In this document: in pieces, positions 11,961-21,925 of the stretch
How positions within the stretch are numbered: position 1 is the stretch's first letter
Layout: the number at the start of each line of letters is the position of its first letter
Source of the DNA: Neoechinorhynchus agilis
Lineage: Eukaryota > Animalia > Acanthocephala
Length of the DNA stretch: 64,000 bases
Direction of reading: 5' to 3'
Assembly (NCBI GenBank): GCA_051530055.1
Contig: CM121342.1
Span: forward strand, 2,824,797 to 2,888,796
Notes under the pieces: generated by a model
Told to the model about the DNA's origin: nothing
Seen by the model: only the letters and a program-made list of their open reading frames with translations
The model's database searches: none
Position numbers and translations under genes: made by a program

Positions 11961-14743
11961 ATGGAAGGTCATGAAGACGCTCTTAGGAGGTTGATCGTTT
12001 CGAACAAGTACGAAGGCCACTCGCTTGGTGTATTCACGAGTGGAGGCGATGCTCAAGGTTTGTGAGTGAGACTCTTTTTCATCGCGGGGTTTAAGATATG
12101 ACCGAACAATCACTGAATCGCCACGATGCATCGTTCTCCAAGAACGTCCGGGCCTATAAAGGTCGCTATATCAAACGTGTGATCGGAGTATTCACAAGTG
12201 GAGGAGATGCACAAGGTGTGATGCTCTGCTCTTACAATATCTAACCAATTGCTTTGGTAAAGTTCTTTTGAAATTTTATTACGCTTTTTGTGTTTAGGGA
12301 TGAACTCTGCGTTGCGAGCAATCGCTCGCATGGGTATTTATCTCGGATGTAAAGTCTATTTTATCCACGAGGGTTACGAAGGAATGGTTGATGGAAGCGA
12401 TCAGCATTTCACTTTGGCTCAATGGGGTGATGTTAGTGGGATTATTGGTCTTGGTGGAACTAAAATAGGTTCTGCAAGATCAACTCGGTTTCGAACGAGA
12501 GAAGGACGTCTTTTGGCTGCTCATAATCTCATCAAACGAGGAATATCGAACATTGTTTGCATTGGAGGAGACGGCAGTTTGACTGGAGCTTACACATTTC
12601 GTGAAGAATGGCCTGATCTTCTTGCTGAGCTTCTAAGTAAAAATGAAATTAATAAAGAAGAAGCGGAAACTTGTCGATGTCTCAAGGTCGTCGGTCTGGT
12701 TGGTTCGATAGATAATGATTTCTGTGGAACTGATATGACAATCGGTGCTGATTCTGCTCTTCATCGAATATTCGAAGCTATGAACGCGATCTCGACGACG
12801 GGATCAAGTCATATGCGTTGTTTTGTCCTTGAAGTAATGGGGAGACGGTGTGGATATCTTGCATTGATGACCGCTATTGGATCTGACGCTGATTGGTTGT
12901 TTATTCCTGAAGCTCCGGCTGCTGATAACTGGCAAGAGGCGATGTGTGCCAAGCTATTGGTCACTCGAGAGATGGGGCAGCGTTTAAACATAATCATCGT
13001 GGCTGAAGGAGCCACTGATATGAAAGGTCAGCCAATCACGTCTAATATGATAAAGGATATTGTGGTTTCACGATGTGGATTCGACACACGAGTAACTGTT
13101 CTTGGTCATGTCCAACGAGGAGGAGACATATCGGCGTTTGATCGCATCTTGGCAACGAGAATGGGAGCAGAGGCCGTCATTGCTTTAGCGCAAAGGTGAT
13201 CGTAGAGTTTTAGGGGTCTACCGTTTGGAACCGAAAATAGAAACACAATCATTAATAGAGAAATTTCAATCTCATGCGAAGCCCGTGATTTTAAAGAGGT
13301 TGTTTGCATTTGAGCTATGTCGACTTTTTCTCTCAAACCATCTATTTCAATTTGATCAGAGCGTTTTTATAAGACGAATTCACGTTCACCATTGCCATAA
13401 TGGAATCATCAGATGAATCAGCACCGGTGATAATCTCATTAGCAGGAAACCAAGCGGTCAGAGTTCCTCTGACGGTATGTGTTGAGAAGACCAAAGCAGC
13501 TGCAAAAGCCATGGATGATCATAACTATGAACGAGCAGTTCTTCTCCGGGGTCACACGTTCCAGCGGAACTTGAACACTTACTTGGAACTGAGTAAACTG
13601 CATCCCAAATTGGTTGAACTTCCCAAACATGTATTCACGATCGGCGTTTTGAACATCGGTGCCCCGGCATGTGGAGTAAACGCAGCAGTTCGATCGATTG
13701 TGAGACACGTACTTTGGAAAGGTCATCGTGTCCTTTTGGTATATGATGGATGGGTCGGATTCTTAAATGGAACTGTAAAAGAAGCCGAGTGGATGAATGT
13801 GCATGGATGGAGTGGTGTAGGCGGATCAAAACTAGGAACTCAAAAGGTTGACGCAAAACACGCAGGTCTTGAAGATATCGCAAACCAAATCAAGAAATTT
13901 AAAATCAATGCATTAATAATCGTCGGCGGTTTTGAAGGATATTTAAGTGTTATCCAATTGTATGAGAACCGAGCTCTTCATCCAGAATTCTGTATTCCGG
14001 TTCTATTGGTCCCGGCGACGATCAGTAACAATATTCCCGGAACGGATTTCTCAGTAGGCACGGACACGGCACTTAATGAGATCATTGTGACTTGTGACAA
14101 GATGAAACAATCTGCTCAGGGAAGCAAACGGCGAATTTTTATTGTTGAAACAATGGGTGGAAACTGTGGATATTTGGCTACATTGGCTGGTTTGGCTTCT
14201 GGAGCTGATCAAGCTTATATTAAAGAGGAACCTTACAATATTTTTGATATCGTCTCAGACGCCGATCATCTAAAGAAGAAAATGCTGAGTGATATGAAAC
14301 GCGGAATCGTACTAAGAAGTGAACTATCGAATCCAAATTTTAATACTGATTTTATTCTCCGGCTCTTTCAGGAACATGGTCGTGGAACGTTTAGTGCTCG
14401 CGCTAACATCCTCGGACATGCGCAACAAGGAGGTTGCCCTTCTCCATTTGACAGATCATTTGCTTTTCGATTGGGCGCTAAAGCCTCCAATATCGTCCTG
14501 GAAATGCTTAATAACAATAAAGACGATCAGGGACGTGCCGTCGTGACTGATCCATGTAGTTGCGGTGTTGTTGGGCTTACCAAACGAACTATTGACGTCA
14601 CGCCGGTTGAAGTTCTTAAGGAATGTACCGATTTCAATCTTAGACTTTCTTATGATCCATGGTGGCTGAAACTCAGACCTCTTCTAAGAATATTAGCCAA
14701 GCATGAAAGCGTCTATGTAGCCGATATTAACGAGAGTGGTTAA
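11961..14743 (+). CDS. PFK: ATP-dependent 6-phosphofructokinase, eukaryotic two-domain type (~776/783 aa)
   Basis: [91 protein letters not shown]. Exon 1a 11961-12057 or 1b 12098-12215, then 12298-13187 and 13400-14743. Confidence 0.97.
12098..12215 (+). CDS. PFK: Alternative first exon 1b of PFK ([10 protein letters not shown]...[12 protein letters not shown])
   Basis: Own ATG, open frame, phase-1 donor gtgtga. Duplicates the TSGGDAQ motif of exon 1a with only third-position differences. Confidence 0.8.
13186..13399. other. TA-flanked insert E3 with terminal inverted repeats in PFK (212 nt removed with one TA)
   Basis: TA(13186-87), gcaaaggtgatcgt / acgttcaccattgc (12/14 inverted repeat), TA(13398-99). 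Removal gives [33 protein letters not shown]. Confidence 0.7.
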
Positions 14744-15239
14744 ACATTTAGTTCACCACTACTTGAATAAAATGATTAGAAATTTAATAGTACATGGTAA
14801 CGATAAATACTAATCGGTATAATAGAGTGAATCAATGCTTGATTTTCTAGGCGCATGTCTTAATTTGACATTTGTACGACCTAGAGTTTATTTATTTGCC
14901 TAGCTTTCGCCGTTTTACGGCTTCAACTGGGCGATCTAAAATGTGCGAGATGGGGAGACAAACATTTCAACTTCGATTGAGGTTACTGATTCGTGATTTT
15001 TTATATATATATCTGTATACTTTGATTTATCATAAAGTGTAGATCGAATGGCTGTAAAGCTTTATTCGTAAAACACAATTTCATATAACATATTCGATTG
15101 ATCCAAAGATACATGGGTCCAATTCTTTTTAAGTAACAAATAAACGTGTTATTATTATAACTTAAAGAGTATATAAAACGATTTATTCCCGTCACACTAT
15201 TTTCAATACTTTTTTCGCTGTCATTTTAAATTTTTAAAA

Positions 15240-16960
15240 ACGTTCAGATAATAGCGGAGGAACATCTTTATAATTCGTTGACTCGGGGATCCGGCATTCC
15301 TCTTCTCAGAATAGCAAAGTTGATTCTCTGATGATAAAACTGGTTGCTTGCACGGGGCTAAAAATTCTGTGGTGCTTGATCCGACGGCATTATAAAATGT
15401 AGATCGACGGATCGAGGCATTCGTATTTATCCTTTTTTCGATGCTCTTTTCGCCACTTTACCGGCTCCTGAAACTGTAAGGGACAAATTGCTCTTAGCAA
15501 TCATATTCGGCCAAGCGAAGAGGAAACGGCTTCGTTGCCACGGAGCTGTTGATGCGCCGTCTGGTCTTTTCTCGTCATCTCTGCTTAAACCAACCGGATC
15601 GAAGAGAGATGGAATTCAGTTGTCAATGCCTTATTAGAATATTCACCGTGATATAATGACTTTTAGGGCAAGAATCCATGGATTCTTGTGCTGTTCCCGT
15701 CTTGGCACCGCACTGGCATGTCGCAGTGATTGAAGAAGCCACGCCGAAGCGTAGTACTCAAGCGAAAACAAAGGAGCAGCCATCCATTTTAACACCAATC
15801 GAGGCTTATGGCAAAGCGTTAAAAAATTAATGGACCATTTGGTTGCGGCTGCGAGTAAGTTTGCTCGTTATTTGGTTTCGTCACAAAAACCAAGAAGGTT
15901 TCGGAATTCCTTCTCAAACCAAGGGTCTGACTAACGTTTTTTGTATTGATGTATCCGTTAGGACAGGCATTTCGAGTTCTTTATTCCATTTTTCTAATGC
16001 GATTCTGTAAGATTAGTCGTTAATTCCTTATCAATCGGATAAGAATGCTGGTAAAATTAGAGAGGTCAAGCGGTTTGTTCGGGACAACGGTGAGCCAAAG
16101 GCTGGGATTAAATAGCCAGAAGCGACTAAAGGCTGTATCGAAGCTCATTGATATTAAGTACGAACATAAGAGTGCCGAGTGGATCACCTTCTCGAGAAAC
16201 TATCACAGCGTCGCCAAATATCAAGTTGCTATTGTAACACACCGCGACGGATGGTGATAATATCGGGAACTCTTTTTCAATGCAGTTGATAAACGCATTG
16301 CTGCTGATCGAATTGAAGGTATTCGCGAAGTGTAGTTTTGCTGCGGCGGAAGGACACTCAGGGCCATGTACAGCAAAATACCTTGCAGTATAGAGGAGTG
16401 CCTCAACTTCTCCAGGAACACTAGAACCGAGTTGAAATGGTAAGAACTTGTCGATTATTAAAGGAGATGCGATTTTGCGGGCAATCTAGGCAGCTAATCG
16501 GTTTTAAATACAACCAATTTCAATGGGCCTGATCCCGCCGTCTTTTCTTTCTAAACGCAATCGATTTCGCTCCGGCACGATTTATTGCTGAACAACGTGC
16601 GCGTGAGCTGACCAAGTTATTTTATCAAGCAACCGTCGGCTGTACCACTCGACTTGATGGCAAGGTTTCGAAGATGGGAGGGGCTCAAGCCGCCCATTCC
16701 GCCCGAAGAAGACGATGGGAAAGTGTGAAGTGCCGATAGTATTACAGATTCCGAGGTGTAGGATTCCAAGTCAGCGACCGCCTAGAAGCGTCAAGAACTT
16801 GGTTGGAAGGTCAAAGACCTCCTTGGGAGCATTTCGATAATTTGAAGAGCTTATCATTCAACGCAAGCAGTCGTCACCATACTTCAGCTGTTTAGACGCC
16901 TTATTTTGCATTTAAGCGCCTCCGTCTTCCAGGCGTTTGGTTCGATAACCCTTGGAACAT
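15240..16960 (-). mobile_element. Degenerate CRE-clade non-LTR retrotransposon (RT region and 3' tail)
   Basis: Minus-strand translation with stops: KDGGIRPIEIG...FQLGSSVPGEVEA...LHFANTFNSIS...EGDPLGTLMF, matching RT motifs GGIRPIAVG, DFxNAFNS and QGDPLG. The 3' segment recurs at ~44030-44220. Confidence 0.75.
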
Positions 16961-17886
16961 AATTTAGCATTTTACAAATCAATGAACAGTTAATTTAGGA
17001 TCAATAAAAATTTAACCGAGTTTACGCCACAATCTGCGTCCGGTAGTTCGAATTTGTCGAGTAAGAAAAAGTGCATTCATTCACTATTTTGTTTTTTAAG
17101 GCAGGGGCCGTTATAAAACTTGGCACGTTTCACTCATTGTTCCGAAGATTAATGATAGCGGACAATTGTCCAGAAAAGTAATTAGTTTAAAATAAGAATT
17201 GCCTCAAGGATTCGCGAAAATTCACTGTTCCTTAATTGTGAGACGAAGGAAAAAAATCTAACCTATTATTTTTTGGTTGGTGAAAAAACAAAGGGCCCCA
17301 TCTTTAATACCCTGCTAAAGTATAAAATCAAACATTCAATTTTCACTTTGCTAAAATGTCGAAAGGTATTCGTTATTTTTGTGTCAAATTGTAAAATCTC
17401 CCACGATTGTTGTTTATGAAAAAGGACGAGTTCCGTTGATATTTTGAACTATTGTGATATTTAATTGATTCCGATTTTTTTATTCCCCAAAGGATATCAT
17501 TGATTAACTAGAAAAAATTATAGTAAGCGAACATTCGACCTAAATGGGTCATTCACGCTTACTAGCATTCACGCTAGATTTTGTAGTCTACGTTTTGAGT
17601 AACATTAGGCAAACTACCGTCACGGACTTTGAGACTTTCCCTTAATGTCACTTCATTCGAACATCAAAATTCCTAACGGCCTTTTAATATGGGCTTCGTT
17701 CTTTTATTGGATTCTTAAAGAATATGCGAGGAGTGCATTCAAATTAGATCTATAAAAAGTCCACTATCGCGGTCTTTAGAGCGATATCGAAGTAAAAATC
17801 ACAATAATTAGATGAGGATTGAACTACTTTAAAACCCAAACCAAGACATTTTGTTTGATGATTGAGAAAATGGAAATTGATTCTAT

Positions 17887-18040
17887 ATTAATTCCTAATA
17901 TTTCGTCCGTCTCGTCGGACTTCTTGAGGTCTAAGAGGTACACATGGCTCTATTAGGCTAAAACTAAAAATAAAGCCACCTTGACCTAGTTTTTAGACCT
18001 GAAGAAGTCCGACGAGACGGACGAAATATTAAGAATTAAT
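17887..18040. mobile_element. MITE-like hairpin with ~48-bp terminal inverted repeats; partial copy at ~40235-40290
   Basis: attaattcctaatatttcgtccgtctcgtcggacttcttgaggtctaa pairs with ttagacctgaagaagtccgacgagacggacgaaatattaagaattaat. Confidence 0.8.
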
Positions 18041-18228
18041 CAATGACGGAAATCGCAATCTCTGTCATTGTTTTACTGTATAAAAATCAATAAAAAATTA
18101 ATCCCGAATTAGTTCGTTAATGGTTTTTCAAACTTAAATTCTAATACTTTGTCTAAAAACCCTAAAAATTCAAAAAGATGTTATCCATCAATGTTTTGAT
18201 GAGGGCGAAAGATGAATAAAAGTAATTT

Positions 18229-19470
18229 ATGTCTTGGATTACTATGTTATTGTCTTCGGACGAAAAGAGACTTTCCTTTCTTATAGTTTCGCCACCTCGC
18301 CGGATTTACTAATCTATATTTCCGCGATATTTCACCTCTCGGATAATTCTCCGGCATTTCGTCTCAAGGTTTGTGATGGCTATTTAGAAAAACTTAAAAG
18401 CAATCACAAGCCTTGAGAAGAAATGTCGGAGAATTATCCGAGAGGTGAAATATCTGGGAAATAAATCAAGGAATCCGGGGGTTGGCGAAACTAAGAAAAT
18501 GAAAAAGTATGTCTTGGATTATTGTTTTCGGACGAAAATAGACTTTCTTTTTTGGTAGTTTCGCCACCTCGCCGGATTTACTAATCTATATTTCCCCGAT
18601 ATTTCACCTCTCGGAACATTCTCCGGCATTTCCTCTCAAGGTTTGTGATGGCTATTTAGAAAAACTTAAAAGCAATCACAAGCCTTGAGAAGAAATGTCG
18701 GAGAATTATCCGAGAGGTGAAATATCTGGGAAATAAATCAAGGAATCCGGGGATTGGCGAAACTAAGAAAATGAAAAAGTATGTCTTGGATTATTGTTTT
18801 CGGACGAAAAGAGACTTTCCTTTCTTATAGTTTCGCCACCCCGCCGGATTTGCTAATCTACATTTCTCCGATAATTCACCTCTCGGATAATTCTCCGACA
18901 TTTCTTCTCAAGGTTTGTGATGGCTATTTAGAAAAACTTAAAAGCAATCACAAACCTTGAGAAGAAATGTCGGAGAATTATCCGAGAGGTGAAATATCGG
19001 GGAAATAAATCAAGGAATCCGGGGGTTGGCGAAACTAAGAAAATGAAAAAGTATGTCTTGGATTATTGTTTTCGGACGAAAAGAGACTTTCTTTTTTGGT
19101 AGTTTCGCCACCTCGCCGGATTTACTAATCTATATTTCCCCGATAATTCACCTCTCGGATAATTCTCCGACATTTCTTCTCAAGGTTTGTGATGGCTATT
19201 TAGAAAAACTTAAAAGCAATCACAAGCCTTGAGAAGAAATGTCGGAGAATTATCCGAGAGGTGAAATATCTGGGAAATAAATCAAGGAATCCGGGGTTGG
19301 CGAAACTAAGAAAATGAAAAAGTATGTCTTGGATTATTGTTTTCGGACGAAAAGAAACTTTCTTTTTTGGTAGTTTCGCCACCTCGCCGGATTTACTAAT
19401 CTACATTTCTCCGATAATTCTCCGACATTTCTTCTCAAGGTTTGTGATTGCTTTTAGGTTTTTCTAAATA
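18229..19470. repeat. Tandem array of ~272-bp foldback units (about 4.6 copies)
   Basis: Unit starts at 18229, 18509, 18781, 19053, 19324. Each unit contains a ~60-bp near-perfect stem around a ~25-nt loop. Confidence 0.92.
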
Positions 19471-19651
19471 GCAATAACAAACTTCTCCAGAATGGTCAGC
19501 GAAAGTTAGCGACCTCAGTTTTGAAATTTATAATCGAATGATTCTCAATAGTGTTGCGATCACGTCATATTTCGGAAAGAATAAATGAGCGTTCTTATGA
19601 ACAAATCTTCGACATTTCCCATTGATCATTGAATCGTCTTTTTTTAAGACA

Positions 19652-20397
19652 ATGAAGACGACTCAGGCGCTTCAACGGCATCACGTTCGTCGAAACCAGT
19701 TTGGATCCGAGGAAGAGGCTTCAAAAGACGTTTCACAGGACGAAATTTCCAAACTGAGCCGCATCCAATCGAACGCAGTGCCTAAATTTGATTGGAATCG
19801 AGAGAATCAGAAGTTGAAACTGCAAAGTGAGGAATTAGAAATTCTAGAGGTCGATGCAAAAGCAGCTCGGCGTTGTAATGTGATCCGAGGGATGATCGAT
19901 GAGATGACATCTATGCCATATATGACTCCAGATTTAGAAGAGCCGATATCCATCTCAGAAGTAAACATGTCGATTTTGAAGAAAGTTATGATGTGGTGCA
20001 ATTATCATCGAGACGATCGGACTGCTGAGTCTCAATCTTTAGATCACGACGACCAATCAACAGCCAAGATGCTTAAATTAACCAATGATACTACTGCGTG
20101 GGATGTGGAGTTCTTCAAAGTGGACCAAGCAACTCTTCTTGAAATTATAGCTGCTGCTAATTTCCTCGATATTCCCGATCTTCTTGATAAAGCCTGTCGT
20201 GTCGTAGCTGACATGATCAAAGGAAAATCACCCGAGGAAATCAGACGAACATTCAACATCCAAAATGATTTCACTCAAAGTGAGGAAAATCAGGTCTGAT
20301 CACTCTGGCGTTCAAATGTTCTCAATATTGTATTTAGATCCGTATGGAAAACAGTTGGTGTGATTTCACAAACAGGATGGACACTGAAAAACGCTGA
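19652..20397 (+). CDS. SKP1: Skp1-like SCF adaptor with N-terminal extension
   Basis: ILKKVMMWCNYH, WDVEFFKVDQATLLEIIAAANFLDIPDLLDKACRVVADMIKGKSPEEIRRTFNIQNDFT. A 44-nt intron at 20294-20337 supplies the terminal IRMENSWCDF... exon. Confidence 0.92.
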
Positions 20398-21925
20398 GAT
20401 TTTCAACAAAAATATGAAGAATCATTTCACTTTATGATCTAATCGCGGCTTCTAACATTTAATGCTGACTCTCACCATAGCAAATAAAGTCATGCAACAA
20501 ACTCTGCAAACTGGCCCCGTTTTTATGAGTATTTATAAAAGAAATGCATTTTAAAAAGGAATACGTAATTTTAAAAAATGAAATGGAAACTACTTAATGA
20601 TCACTTAAAGATTTTCATCCTTTTGCGCCCAAGTTTTTTGTAGTGCTTTTTCGTTTTCTGTCAATATTGTTCATCACCTTAAATGTTAATACGCTTTTGA
20701 ATTAGCTGTTGATTTGCTATAAATAAATTTTTATGTGGTGTAAATTTGATTTGTATACAAAGATGAGTTGGAATGAATGTTATTAAATATATAATCTTAA
20801 CCGCAGCCCAAAAATTGGTTCAATTAGAACGACAGGACGCCTTTCTGGAAAGGCTGCATTTTGGAGTCAAACTTTTGACAGTTAGATAAGCGCTGAGTAC
20901 ATTTGTTCAAAACACGAAGATTATTCGAAATATACATTCTCATTTCACCTAAATAATTTACTTTGTGAATGAGAATTCGTACTTTAAAAGCTATTTTTCG
21001 TTGATTCATTATGAGCGGGAGATTTTGCTTTGTTCAAAAATTTTGCTTGTAGGATTTATACTTAATCTGTAACTAAGAGAATTAACAGGCGGAAATTCGG
21101 AACGTGTGCTTTTTCTATGGGTAAAAGAAATTAAATTCGAGATATTAAAATTGTTCATGTTTAACAGCAATTCTTAATTTCTAAAGTTAAATTATTTCAT
21201 TTGAAACAATTTCTTCACTTGAAGTTTGTCTTAAATTTATTATTCATTGAGTCATTCAAAGACAGCATTATGCGACATTCGGAAAATTTCTACGAGATTC
21301 CAAGGAGCAGAATTTATACTTTAATCATGTCGAGAAAATCCATCGGGATGGTAAATTTTGACTTGTGGTGAATATACTCGCCCGGTTAAAAATAATTTTA
21401 TTATACTGAAATATTTCGAAAGAGGAAATCTCGCCTTCTCAATCATCTAAAAAGGTTTTTGGTTATTGCCATTTCTATGTTTTATCTAATAGGCTCAAGT
21501 TGAGAGGTTTGCCACTTCCAAGGTTTGGGGACAGAATGATTTTAACCGGAATTATCTTCGCCATAAGTCAAAATTTATACTTTTATAACTAAGAACGTTT
21601 GTATTTGTTTTAATCGTGCACTTAGAACTCGTATCTTTTTATTTAATTTCATTGCTTACTTTTAACACTAAAAAATTACACCAATGTTATTCTATTGATA
21701 ATTCGTGAGCTTAAATGATTATGTATGAATAACACTACGTTGCTAAATGGTGTTTCGATCAGCCACTTTAATTGTTTCTTTATAGGAATGTTTTCAAAAT
21801 TGTAAAAGGATTGAAATATCCAAATGCATTAGATCGACTGCTGGTTTCAGAATACCAGATAATTTTTTGTATAAAGTGCCGAAATAAAAGCAACCAATCA
21901 AAAAATATGACCGTTAACAATTTAT

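Noticed and set aside
13196-13213. 18-nt GT-AG micro-intron that would remove the PFK stops
   Set aside because: Far below the 43-nt minimum seen here, and it still needs a second intron and a long non-homologous insertion.
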